From Octopus bimaculoides (lineage: Eukaryota): a DNA stretch of 64,000 nt. Below, in pieces: positions 12,580-25,429 of this stretch (its first letter is position 1; each line of letters opens with the position of its first letter). Where the stretch lies: NCBI RefSeq assembly GCF_001194135.2, contig NC_068986.1, forward strand, positions 106,466,816 to 106,530,815. The letters are read 5' to 3'. Made by a program: the position numbers and the translations under genes. The notes under the pieces were generated by a model. It did no database searches. It was not told the origin of the DNA and saw only the letters and a list, made by a program, of their open reading frames with translations.

Positions 12580-13480
12580 ACATTTGATCCATTATTGATC
12601 GTCATCGTGAACTTACGATCCATTTGAGTTAATATTCAATGATTGGTCGTCATCGTGGATTTATAATCCATTTAAGAAAAGGTAATTCCCAGTAGTTCTT
12701 CTCCCAAATATCTTATTCATAAACAATATTTAAATCTAAAGCTTCTTAATGATAGATTATATGAAATTTTGCAAGTTGTAATCGAGGAAGTGAATAGGAT
12801 TAAAGCTCATCTAATGAAGACACATATCTTAGTCAAGCTTTACCATGGATCTAAAGTACGGTTGGGAAGATTTTAATGGATACTCAGTTAGATGGTTTTA
12901 AAAACAAAAGAAAAAAATTACCGTCTGAAGACTTGTTATTATTGTTTATGATTCAATTTTGGAAGCATAAAACGTAAGCTTTTCTCAATTTTTAACAAAA
13001 TTAAATGTAGTTAACTTTAAATGTCGCTGATTAAGGTAAAACTAATAATAAACACATTTTTAAACAAAATATTAGTTTATAAAACAACATTGCAAGCTGG
13101 GAGTTCAATCAACGGCGAAAGTCTAAAAGAGTTTGTGGAAATGTCACTCATCGTATATTTTCAATGAATACTGATCAAGAATGCTATTAACCTTGAACCT
13201 CTGGCATTGAAGAGAAACATGGAAATTAGATTTAAAGGTCCTAAAGAACCAAAAATACCAGAGTGGGTTGTAAATCCATTTCGGTTCGATACAAACAAAA
13301 TTACTCTAGATTTGTATGAAAATTAATAGGCTTGCAGAAGGACTTAGAGCGCAGGTGCTATTGTCAACGTAATGGTAATGAATAACTACAGTTAGAGTAA
13401 CGAAATAAATATCGTCGTCTTTAGAAGGAAATAAAATTATTGTCGTTAGCGTTTCCATCCTCATATATTGGTTTATAGTT
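12580..13480 (+). mobile_element. Degenerate hAT (Buster/SCAND3-like) transposase remnant
   Basis: Collinear peptides IGRHRGFI (12642), VNRIKAH, IPEWVVNPF (about 13255) and IKLLSLAFPSSYIG (13431; hAT dimerisation AFPSSY motif). Confidence 0.75.
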
Positions 13481-13522
13481 AAACTTCCTCAGGCATCATC
13501 TCTTTCTTATTATTCCTTTCTT

Positions 13523-13559
<37 letters not shown>

Positions 13560-13828
13560 ATATATATATATCAAAGATCCCTATGGATCACACAGGTTGT
13601 AATCCTTTGAAACATATGTAGGAATAAAGTATGCAATTATAACATGCGTTTTCTCCATTCCTTAAATTCTTAAATATACTCAAATACCCAAAATTTCAAG
13701 GAGTTCCTGCCTTAAAAACAGGAACTAAACCACAGTTATTTTGTGTTCTTTGCTACATTGGTTTCTATTAACCCATTTATTCTATCAGAAGGATTTTTAT
13801 TCATTAAGATAGAAGAAATACACATAAT

Positions 13829-13889
<61 letters not shown>

Positions 13890-14049
13890 ACGTGTATATA
13901 TGTATGTATGTATTATATACAAGTATGCATGTATGTGCGTATGTATGCATCCACGCACGCACGCATGCATGTATACATAATATATGTGTGATAATGTGTG
14001 TATGTAAGTGTTTGTGTTTATTCCAAACATATAGAATTACTGCTTTTCT

Positions 14050-14990
14050 CACCCATTATACAGACTTATTTTCCTTCAAAATAGTTCCTTCCACCGAAAG
14101 TTCACTTCTTCCAAATTCCGAACTCATTTTTAGTAATAGTGTACCGTTGTCTTAGTAAATTTTCTTTGGGAAACCTTTCAGGTAGGATCTAATATCTGTG
14201 AACAAATATATGCATAAAAGAAAACGTGTACGGAAGTCACGTGCAGATAGTAAAGCAGTTTGGAAATGAAAAATGTCTTGTGTAACATTTGACCCTCGAA
14301 AAGGCGCGTTGTTTGATGCACCATCAGAAGTTGTTTGTGTTGCATCAGACATCGTTTTTGCGTTGCATCAGACATCGTTCTTTGCATTGCCTTTCTCGAA
14401 CATCGTAGGATATCGGCATACACTCTTTAATGATCACCTGACAACGTGAAACTGGTCTATAATAAATGACACCCTTCCAATGACAAAACTGTCTTCATAT
14501 TTGGAGGACTGAGATACTCGCCTTTTATTTTTTTCTTTGGTCGTAGTGATTATTATCAAACGCTGACTACTTGGTTTCGAGTATTACCCACGTTTTCTCA
14601 TCTGTCATGATACTTTCAGTAACTTTTCATCAGCCTTAAACGCGTATCTACCATAATACGTGAGTTTTTAAAACCAGTCGATTGCAACTGAGAATATTGA
14701 AACGAAATTCAACGAAGATTCCTCAGTCCACCTCAAGCATCTCCTCACTTTCTGCCATTCGATTCTGTCTTTCTTCATGTCTCACTTGATTTTGCGATAA
14801 AATTTCAAGGTTTTAAATATAATATCGATTTAACTATCACAGACACAATGCTTTACACAAATTACAACTATTTTAGTAAACATGGCTGACATCCGTAATG
14901 ATGAAAGCTTTTATCGATTTACATTCCTCAGCGAGGGAATTTCATCCAAATTTGAGATATTAGAATCACTCATGGGACTGAGTACGGCTC
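14050..14990 (-). mobile_element. Old mariner remnant
   Basis: Minus-strand peptides SIMTDEKTWV..ETK, RPKK, KGVIY and C-terminal WKK..GRNYFEGK*; contains a 22-bp internal tandem duplication at about 14340-14385. Confidence 0.5.
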
Positions 14991-15151
14991 AATTGATCAC
15001 CTGTCAAGTGCGATTGAAATATTAACAAAAACTCTATATTTGTTTACCGAATTCGAAACAAAATTTCACCTGAAGTCGTTGGTCTATCATTTCTTTTTTT
15101 TTCATTTATTACATACAGTAAATCAGCAAGCACACAAAGTATATGTTCTGT

Positions 15152-15305
15152 CCAGCCATGTTGATCGTTCACTAACCGATGTAGCATCACGTGACTCTTA
15201 GTGATACATGTCAGGGCCACCACCACCTCGCTGAAACGGCTGTGTGTCACACGTTATGCTTCATTTCTGCATGAACCTAATCCTTCTCTTTCTCTCTCTT
15301 CCGCT
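15152..15305 (+). repeat. Unclassified 170-bp repeat, copy 2
   Basis: Matches 11031-11200; followed by (ATT)n. Confidence 0.85.
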
Positions 15306-15318
15306 ATTATTATTATTA

Positions 15319-15415
<97 letters not shown>

Positions 15416-15697
15416 NNNNNNNNNNNNAAACCTCATCAAAAATAAATATAAAATATGAGAAGAGAAAAGGGCTATTAATAAAATAAAATTGAAATTAAAA
15501 TTAAAAATGACATTCATAGTTTACTATTATTTCTTGCATGCGCACGTGATCATTTCCTTGAGGTCTGAAAACATGGTAATTCCAACTTGTTGTGTTTGTA
15601 GATTACTACTATCTGTTTTAGTAAATTAAATAGTGATCAAGAATTCTAGGAGTGGTTGTAGTTGTCGAATAACTAGCAGTAGTCATGATAATAACAA

Positions 15698-15740
<43 letters not shown>

Positions 15741-15859
15741 CGTGGTGAAGTTGTTCCTCCTATGGCTTTAATTGAAATCGGGTTCTTCGATCCCCTTTGT
15801 TTATTTCTTATGAATAACTTGCAAATCTACGTATAAAAATATTAAAATATATATGAAAG

Positions 15860-16181
15860 TCACAGTGTTGCTAGTTTAGCCCTCGACCCAGCCTTGTTGG
15901 TGTACTTAAGTATCTTCGTAGGAGCTGTAACAACTTTTTTCACAGTTTGGTAATATCTTCCTATTATTTTAGATATTTCAAATGCTGATTTTCCTTTTGC
16001 AAGTCTCGAAGAAATAATGGATTTCTCTGAAACAGTTAAGTCACATTTACGACCCATAATTATAGGGTTATGAGACAACTTGTTAATAACTTCGATTTAT
16101 TGAAATTTCGTGGAAATCATAAAATGGCCGCGGTTTGTTTACACTTGCGTAAAACGTCACATTTTTTACACACCACGCGTA
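15860..16181 (-). mobile_element. Tc1-family 5' fragment (N-terminal HTH)
   Basis: MGRKCDLTVSEKSIISSRLAKGKSAFEISKIIGRYYQTVKKVV; putative TA-bounded end near 16181. Confidence 0.65.
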
Positions 16182-16309
16182 TACAATTGATGGTATCATT
16201 CTGTGGAAATTTCATTAAATTCCAACGGGTAATTTTGAAATAAAATATAAAAGTATTGCATCGTTAATAATTTGAAAGGCAACGTGTGTGTATGTGTACA
16301 TTTATATAC

Positions 16310-16368
<59 letters not shown>

Positions 16369-16462
16369 NNNNNNNNNNNNNNNNNNNNNNNNNNNNNNNN
16401 NNNNNNNNNNNNNNNNNNNNNNNNNNNNNNNNNNNNNNNNNNNNNNNNNNNNNNNNNNNNGG

Positions 16463-16496
<34 letters not shown>

Positions 16497-18012
16497 GAGA
16501 GAGGGAGAGAGAGATCTGTATACATCTCTATGCGTATATACATAAATGCATACACACACATATGCATGCAGTATGATTATTGCATGAAGATATTTGTGTA
16601 TGTTTGTTACATGTCTAGGACAAACCACCAAACTTCACGAAGTGTACCAACAGTGAATGACTCATTCTAAACTCAATTGTGAAATAAATATAAACACAAG
16701 CAAAATGAAAAGCGTTTTTTGTTTATTTGTACCGCCCATCTAATGAACAAACTAATGAGAGAGATAAAGGCCTGTTGTTTATTTTATATTAATTTCGAAT
16801 CCAAATCGATTTTTGTTCCAAACTGTTCAGATATTTAAAAATCGTTATAGGGCAGAAGATATTTTAACCAAATTTACTGATTTGTTAACGAATCGTGTTG
16901 GGATATATGTATATGTTTTCGTGTGTCTATGAATATATAAGGGTGTGTGTGTTTGTGTGTATGTGTGTGCGTGCGTATTTGTGTGTGTGTGTGTGTATGT
17001 GTGTGTGTGTGTGTCTGTGTGTGTGTGGTTGGAGGGGTGTAGTTGTCACTGTTTTATGCGTGATCGTACATCTATACTTATGTAGAAATCTATTTCTGTT
17101 ACTTTGTATGTTTTTGTGTATAGCAATATAAGTGGATCTGTCTTTGTCTACGTTGTATATATATATAGTCATAAGTTTGTATGAGTGCTGGAGTTGATTT
17201 GTGTGCGTGTGTATACATATGTATGTTGTATGTATAAAGCTTCATTTTGAATCTGCTAGTGTTTATATGTGTATTATTGTGTGTAGGTGTTTGTGTATAT
17301 TAGTATATGTGTTTGTCAATGGTGTATATCTGATAGAATCTGTGTACGCGTGCAGGAGCTTATTTGCTTTACTGTGCATTTCTGCGAACGCGCGCTTGTG
17401 TGATAATGTCTGGCTGTGTGAGCGTATAAATGAGTACGTGCCCTTGTGTATAAACTCACGTGTGTTCAAGAGTGTGTGTATATGAATATCATTTGCATTG
17501 CGTGTGTGTAGATGTGTGCGATATTCTGAAATTATTTGCGTGTGCTTGAATTTCTATATGTTTGCATGTGTGTGTTTGTGCGTGCGTATGAGGCATAATC
17601 ATATTGAGATTCTCTGTATATATACACATGTATTTGCATGTGTGTATATGCATCTGTGTGCTTTCTTGCGCAAAAGAAAAAAATACTGCCGTTTGTCTTT
17701 GGAAGTATAAAACTTGATATTCTTTCGGAAATTCCCGACATTTATTTTCATATAAATTTGTCAAATAGATAAATATACGCCTGTCAACAATGAATTGTGC
17801 CTGCAGGTTCATGCTGTCATTATAATCATTATCACAGATTAATCACAAAGAAGAACATGATGAAAGACATGTATAAACTTTATCGACGACACAAACACGA
17901 AACTTAAATATAACAGCAGACACAATTTTCATATATTTGAAATAAATCATTATTCATGTATAAATACATACATACATGCTTATCAATCAATCAATCAATC
18001 AATCTATCTATC

Positions 18013-18262
18013 TATATTTATATAAAGGGCATTATTACAGAAAATAATAACGCCACACAGTGGACTTCTCAAAATAACCACATTTAGTACCCAATGCGAG
18101 GAAAAAACAACCAACAGAAGATTACCAACTTTCTTTTAAATAGAAAGTTGGTAATCTTCTGTTGGTTGTTTTTTCCTCGCATTGGGTACTAAATGTGCTT
18201 ATTTTGAGAAGTCCACTGTGTGGCGTTATTATTTTCTGTATAATGCCCTTTATATAAATATA
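18013..18262. repeat. Near-perfect 250-bp palindrome
   Basis: Arms 18013-18134 and 18142-18262, one mismatch and one 1-bp indel, 7-bp spacer. Confidence 0.95.
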
Positions 18263-18371
18263 AACGAATAATTATAATCTTGGGAATAGTAAATTTCCCT
18301 TATGAATTTTTTTACACACTGGCTTCTTGATGAAATTCTTGTAAAAGAGTTTTATCCTTTTTTGAATTTAT

Positions 18372-18411
<40 letters not shown>

Positions 18412-18664
18412 NNNNNNNNNNNNNNNNNNNNNNNNNNNNNNNNNNNNNNNNNNNNNNNNNNNNNNNNNNNNNNNNNNNNNNNNNNNNNNNNNNNNNNNNN
18501 NNNNNNNNNNNNNNNNNNNNNNNNNNNNNNNNNNNNNNNNNNNNNNNNNNNNNNNNNNNNNNNNNNNNNNNNNNNNNNNNNNTATATATATATATATATG
18601 TTAGACAGAATGAGGTAACAAAGCCGAGGCTGTGAGGAGTTTTCAGAATGTTTATAAGGAAATA

Positions 18665-18712
18665 GTCTTACAGCTGTTTCTGAGATATTATGGATATCCC
18701 TTCATCAGAGAC
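18665..18712 (-). ncRNA. Minimal type I hammerhead ribozyme fold (family D)
   Basis: Minus strand GTCT-CTGATGA-A-GGGATAT(CCATA)ATATCTC-A-GAAA-CAGCTGT-A-AGAC: stem I 4 bp, stem II 7 bp, palindromic ACAGCUGU stem III, GUA triplet; one extra A before GAAA. Confidence 0.7.
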
Positions 18713-18947
18713 GGTGTGAGAAGGTTAAATAGAGGAAATATTTGAGTTCGAATTATTATGCAAAGGGAGAAGATAGGGAATATAGAGGGAAATAAGAGAA
18801 TGAAAATAGAAATAAGATGTATAACGATATTGTAGTTGCAGCTCCATTATTCGAGTAAAATGGTGTATAGGAGTGGTAAAAAAGTTTCCTGTACATGGTA
18901 TGTAAGTTCCAATAGCATATATATATACATATGTATATATGTATAGA

Positions 18948-18980
<33 letters not shown>

Positions 18981-18984
18981 AATA

Positions 18985-19260
18985 TACGCCACACTTTTAA
19001 TGTGAAAGTTAAAGATTGGGAGATGGCAGAAAATCGATCGGCTGGGGCGGAAGCGCTGTACAATGACAGCAAAGGTTTTGGAACACGGAAAATCAAAAGC
19101 TCCATTTTGAAACGAGAACTTCGTAAATAGGACTTGACTTCAATCCCAGAATTGGTTCTGTCGGTAATTGCTTGTAAGACCTATAGTAAGGTATGTTTGT
19201 CTAAATCTGGACTTGTTAGTCATATGAGATCCCATAACGGCAGGTACTACTTGGCGAGAT
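18985..19260 (+). mobile_element. RTE (BovB-like) LINE 3' end
   Basis: WE.AENRSA..ILKRELRK followed by the C-terminal CCHH-like CKTYSKVCLSKSGLVSHMRSH. Confidence 0.7.
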
Positions 19261-19495
19261 GACCTTCTTCTCTTAGGAATTGTCAGATACTACAGACACA
19301 CAGACAAACACACATTTGTGTATATATCTGCAATGTCGGATGCTCCTGAACCAGTTGTTAAGTATCCCGCCCCTGAGTGACCGATGCTCCATGTGTCGAA
19401 ACAATTGTAGTGATTAATAGAAATTCACGAATCTTCCATCTTCCCTCTTTCATTTATCTTATATACATATGTATATATACCTGCATACACACACA

Positions 19496-19546
<51 letters not shown>

Positions 19547-19925
19547 GAAATGACTTCTTTACAGTAGCACGTGTATAAAAATCTTAACTTTTTTTATTTT
19601 TGTAGTTATTATTGCCTGATCTGTTGTTTTGCTGTTTTCTTGTTGTTTGACCCATATTAAACTCTGATTGAACAGCCAAATGAACGAAATTATTCAGTGT
19701 ATAAATAGTTTCTGAATAAATAGCTTCAAAACAGAAAGCAAAGCCTGGAAACCACATAAATGTTTGCATCTCTTAGATTTTATCTAGAAAACATATCCAG
19801 AAAATATTAGAATATTTGAAACCATTAATACTAAAATAAATATTGCATAATAAGATTGCTTTTTAATTCCCGTTTAAGATTCTACTAATACAAATATAAC
19901 CACTGTATATATACCCCTCAATCAC

Positions 19926-19957
<32 letters not shown>

Positions 19958-20003
19958 TATTATTATTATTATTATTACTATTATTATTATTATTATTATT
20001 ATT

Positions 20004-20329
20004 ATTGACATAGCATGCCCAGCTGGCAACAAGGTATGGGATAATTAGAAATAAAAGTCGAGAGATATGACAGGTTAGCTTGGGAAGTTAAGCAGTTGTG
20101 GGCAATGAAAAAGGTACCAGTAAGTGTCGGAGCCCTTGGAACAGTGAGCAAAAATCTCGAGAAGTATGTGGAACAAATAGGGGCTGCAATAAGGGTGGAG
20201 CACTTGCAGAAAATAGCACTACTTGGAACCACTCAAATACTCCGGAAGGTGCTCGAAAAATAAGAGGTATTACTTTAGTTCACTGGTAGTGAACAGCTGA
20301 CACTGTAGCGTTAAAAGCTGTGCAAATGC

Positions 20330-20330
<1 letters not shown>
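20004..20330 (+). mobile_element. R4/Dong-clade retrotransposon 3' fragment in a TAA array
   Basis: IDIACPAGNK..ERYDRLAWEVKQLW..VGALG..HLQKIALLGTTQILRKVLEK*; 3' UTR matches 61265-61390; (TAA)n tail. Confidence 0.85.
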
Positions 20331-20388
<58 letters not shown>

Positions 20389-20407
20389 TAATAATAATAA
20401 TAATAAT

Positions 20408-20461
<54 letters not shown>

Positions 20462-20575
20462 TTCTACTGCAGGTACAAGGCCTCAAATTTGTGGGGAGGT
20501 AACTAGTCGATTACATCAGCTCCAGTGTTTCACTGGTACTTAATTTATCGACCCCGAAGGGATGAACGGCAAATC
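20462..20575 (-). mobile_element. SINE family 2 3' fragment
   Basis: ggtacaaggcct..gtcgattacatc..actggtacttaatttatcgaccccgaag. Confidence 0.8.
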
Positions 20576-20764
20576 GTGCTACGTGGGACAGTATTTATTG
20601 TTTATTAAATGTAAACGTCTATATGTATGTTAGCGTAATGGAGTTTGCCTCTATTGAGAAACTGTTTTCGACTACAGGGCTACTTCCAGATATGACAGAG
20701 GGCCAGTCATCTCACCACTGTAGATTACTCTATCAACTGACTGTCTTCAGTTCTGGCTGGCCTG

Positions 20765-20873
20765 CCAGCTGCATCTGACTTCCAGCTGCATCTGACTTCC
20801 AGCTGCATCTGACTTCCAGCTGCATCTGACTTCCAGCTGCATCTGACTTCCAGCTGCATCTGACTTCCAGCTG
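20765..20873. repeat. Perfect 17-bp minisatellite (CCAGCTGCATCTGACTT)x6.4
   Basis: Six identical units plus CCAGCTG, counted directly. Confidence 0.97.
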
Positions 20874-20899
20874 GGTTTCTATTAAAAATTAAATAGCGG

Positions 20900-21050
20900 T
20901 TAGTATCAAATCATGCATCGTAATTTTTTGTTTGTCTTCCACATGGTTTTCTATCTTTAAATTTGCCTTAGCCTTATCGGTCCAAGTTGCCCTTGTTCCC
21001 TCCCTACTACGAGTACGCTCAAATACAATCCACATGAGCCAAAGAGGCAG
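20900..21050 (-). mobile_element. Possible RTE-type LINE C-terminal fragment
   Basis: RTRSREGTRATWTDKAKANLK..VEDK resembles the R.RGRP..TW.D.V..DL tail. Confidence 0.3.
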
Positions 21051-22452
21051 CTTCTTTGGGATTGCTTTACTTTCTTTAAACAACGGCAAAATCAGCTTCA
21101 TGCCATAAACCGGTCTCGAAAATGGGTGCAGACATTTGATAATATAGTCCTAGACACCCCGTTCCTGAGAAAACTGGATGCTCCTGGTTTGAAACACATT
21201 TAATTTTGTTGATTTACAATTAAACAACAAAATACACCACCAACAATGGCTGCATTACAAGTTAGTATGACTTGCTACAAGCGAGAGTCAATTCTCCTTA
21301 TCTGAAATAAATAATTTTAGATCAACCAATATGATCGTTGATTAAAGGCCTGTAGTGTAAGGGATGATGTGGAGCTAAGCCACAACCGTTACCAGCTTAC
21401 AACTTTCTCAACTCGATATATATCATCTGTTTATAGAAATCAACACTGAATAACAGCTGACCTATAATCAAAATGTGTTCTAGCCATGACCAACCTCTAA
21501 TTTTGTTTTTAAATTGAAACATTTTACAAGCACATTAGCCAATGTGACATTCAATTTTTAAAAGCATGTAAGTTGTGATCTAATGGAAATTTGACTACGT
21601 TTTGTTAAAATTCAAGTTACCACGTAGGCGCTCCCTCGTTGAAATATAAACATATTTTGTCGTAAAATAAAGATACATGTAAGTTATTGATTTTCAAAAA
21701 GAAAAATATATATAAAAAAGAGGAGAGTAATAAGTTAAACATTCAAGAACAGATGGAACATGGAGGAAGAAATAGAATATAAAACTAGATAAAACATGAT
21801 AGCTAAACAACAATCCACAAGGAATAAACAGCTGTTTGTTCAATTATGTTATATATTTCCTTCCAGTACAGACAACAAGAATGTCATTGGACTTTGTTAA
21901 ATAGCACGTAATTTGAAGACTGTAATAAAATAGTGTCATAAATATGACAGTAAATATAATTCAGTGAACCATTATTACACAGACAAGCTGACATGTCTGT
22001 GTACACAGAGAGTGTGTGCAAACGTACTATTTTCATCTCTAGAAAAGGATTTTTTTTTAATGGATACTTTATGAAACAAGAACTTCGTAAATTTGAATTT
22101 TGATCGCATTTATAGAAATAAACGTTCACACGGCATCTAAATATATTTATAAATATAACAATTAGGTAGTATAGGAGACAGTCATTTAAACAATTTCAGA
22201 ACTACTAAATATATTATTTTTGTGTGTGTATTTTTAATAGAGCAGTTTAACATAAAATAATTAAATTTTGTTGTTGTTGTGATTCCTGTTTACTGATACA
22301 AATTATATGCATTTGCTGAAAATAAGTCCCTTGTGAGATTTTATAAGCCTCAGAGTGTTTTCCTCTTTGTTCAATTCTTTTCAGTGGTTGTTTTTCTTGG
22401 ATTCTTTTCCTTTCTACTTGTATCGCCTTTAAAACACACACACACACACACG

Positions 22453-22549
<97 letters not shown>

Positions 22550-24571
22550 CATTCAACTACGGTAGTAGTTGAATAATTTTCTTAAGGCCACAATTTACTC
22601 ACACGTAGCATATTTCAGAACTTGTCGCTAATTCAATTAATAACCAAACTGAAAACTGTTAACATTTTTGAAGAGGACTGGATCCTGGCCACAGTTTGGC
22701 ATAGCAAAACTGAGATTTGATGCAGTAGAAAAAAGTTTACATCAAAACATGTAGCAACGTAATGGGAGAGTTTGTAACGCCACCAATCAAGTTTAGATCT
22801 AACTTTTTTTATTTTAAAAGTAAAATATATTTATCTTAGCTTCAATGATAGAAAACAAGCATGACGAATTTCATAGTTTTAATCCCATACAACAAAAATT
22901 TGTATAAAAAAAGTTGTGAGGCAAAATATCAGGAAAAAAAAATAAGGCAAATAACTGGATTTAAGTATAATTAAGCATAATTAACTTTTTTATATTAAAA
23001 ACAAACTAAACTATAGAGCTCAATTCGAAGAATTTCATAGTATCAATCTCATGCAATGAGGTTTTAAAAGAAAAAAGTTATCAGTGTTTGTTTCTCAAAT
23101 TTGAGAATGATAATATAGCTCTATACTTCTTTTATGAATATAGTTCTATAAGGGGACTGTCTTTTGACATTACCGGCTAAGTTATGACCTCGTGTATTAG
23201 TTTACATGCCGGTCAGGCGACCAGCTGACTTGCGAATCAATCTACGCTCATCCCAAATGGGCTGCGGCAGAAACATCTCACAAATTGTTTAATTTCGCTT
23301 CGGTTTATATGAGATTTGATGGTTGACTGTTCCAGCTTTGAGAGAAGAAATCGTCTACACAAATTGTACTTCAATTTCAGTTGTTTTTGTTTTTATGAAA
23401 CACAGCGCTTGAGTCGTATTTACTGAATAAACGCTTCAGGGTAACGTTCACCATTTTGTTTTTGCTTATAGACATCACATTTATTCCTGACAAACTGTCT
23501 CCATGGTTTACGGTTTTAAAGTAATGTCTCCTAGTTAACCACATCAATCTTTGAAGCTTTAATTAACCTTTTATAACAACCCTATGCATGTTTTATAAAA
23601 TATGCACATACATACATGTATAGACGTATACATGCTTATATACATACATGAATACATATGTTGAATAAGAATGCTCAGTGTGTAAAAGCTCTCTATATAC
23701 TAGCGTTACCTCCAGTTGCATTAACATTGATTAAGTTGTCAAACCAGTCCGTTCTAAGCCAAAATAAATTGTTTTTAATGCATGGAAGTACAATAATTTC
23801 TGGTCAAATAACACATACAGTACCGTCTGTACTAAGCAACCCACACATGTTATTTTTTCGAATGGCTAATATTATTAAAATACACGAAGACAACATTATT
23901 GTGAACCAAGTACCACCGAGTTACATATAACTATAAGGAGCACAGGTTTTCAAGCTTTACTTTATTTTTGTTTTGTAATGCTAACATTTCTCTGTTTCGC
24001 AATTAGCTTATTTTATTGTATTTCAGGATGGCTATGAAATCAATAATAAACACAAGCAGTGACTCGGTTTCACATGTTTATTGTTTATTTTTCAGCTATA
24101 TAATCGATGGAGTAATCGATTACTTGATTAATTGTTTGATTAATCAATAATGCTTGCCAAAGCTCTTTAGTAACCATTCGTGATCTCATTAATGATATGC
24201 TTTCTCTATGTCAGATCTTCTTCAGGTATGTTTTAGTTAATCGGCCAAATTGTTAACCAATTAACAAATGTATGGTAAAGAAGCAAAGTAGTAGATTCAG
24301 TTCGTGCGTTAATTATTGGCGTAAGAAACATCTTGAAATAATGCAAAATATGTTCCAACTCACGAATTAACATTAAGAATCTTGCAAACCAAATACCAAA
24401 ACGGGGCAATTCACATGGTTAATGCGATTTTACTGACCTCCGCACCTGATAATGAAAACTAGTGTGGTATGAGGTTGTTGAATATACATTTTCAGCCTCA
24501 TTTGCAGCACTTTACTATCATATTATTAATCATGATGATATTATTTAAATTTATACGTATAGCATATACAC

Positions 24572-24730
24572 GCAGGCACGGCTGTGCGGTTAAGAAGATC
24601 GAATTGAAAACCATGTGCATTCACTCCCACTGCGTGATAGTTTGGGCAAATGTCTTCTTCTATAGCCTAGGGCCGACCAGTATCATGTAAGAGAACTTGG
24701 TTGACGGAAACTGTGTGGAGACTTGTCGTA
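24572..24730 (+). mobile_element. SINE family 1 5' half, degenerate
   Basis: ggctgtgcggttaagaag..cactcccactgcgtg..gggcaaatgtcttcttctatagcc..gacggaaactg. Confidence 0.75.
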
Positions 24731-24742
24731 TTCATAGATACA

Positions 24743-24776
<34 letters not shown>

Positions 24777-25113
24777 CATAAATACAGACATACATACATA
24801 CAGACATGCATATTCACACACACACACACACACACACACGAATAAAATAATTCACAAATATAATAGCATCATTCTGTAATTCATCACTGATGTACTCTGT
24901 AATTAACATACCAAATTACTAATTGCTGATGAACTTCGAATTTTCACTTTCTACCTGACAGACGCAAATAACTTATAAGACTGCTATTGCCTTTATTAGA
25001 TTATTAACCGGGTTTATTACACTGTTCCCTTATTGAGATATTTACCTGACCACTCATTTTCCCTGTTCGGAAGAGGCCATGGCATGTATATGAATAGAAT
25101 AGACAGATACTGG

Positions 25114-25154
<41 letters not shown>

Positions 25155-25429
25155 GCGACACTATATCACACGACACATCACTTCACATCACACCACCACT
25201 CACACACTAGCACTGACCAATCCCCCTCCCCACATTTTCACACCTTCACACCTACAGACACATTTACATACATTAAGATAACCAGCATTCTCTCACATAC
25301 ACGCAGCTTCTCGTCTTGGGTTCACGCTACTTTGTTATCTCCCCTTTTTCTTAGCTCTCCTGTGTGATGCTTCTGGCCGGCATTCGCTATGATAGAACGC
25401 TGACCACTACATTTATATTTTTTTTCTCC

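Noticed and set aside
13448-13495. Minus-strand CTGAGGA...GAAAC hammerhead-like spacing
   Set aside because: No stems, and it overlaps the hAT AFPSSY coding remnant on the plus strand.
20765-20873. CRISPR-like appearance of the 17-bp and 21-bp (37262-37324) repeats
   Set aside because: No spacers, eukaryotic context and no cas genes; these are simple tandem repeats.
21165-21200. CTGAGAA-stem-GAAAC motif
   Set aside because: G8 is missing, there is no UH triplet and no stem I.
23257-23295. ATG GGC TGC GGC (MGCG myristoylation-like start)
   Set aside because: Stop after 11 codons and no convincing splice donor.
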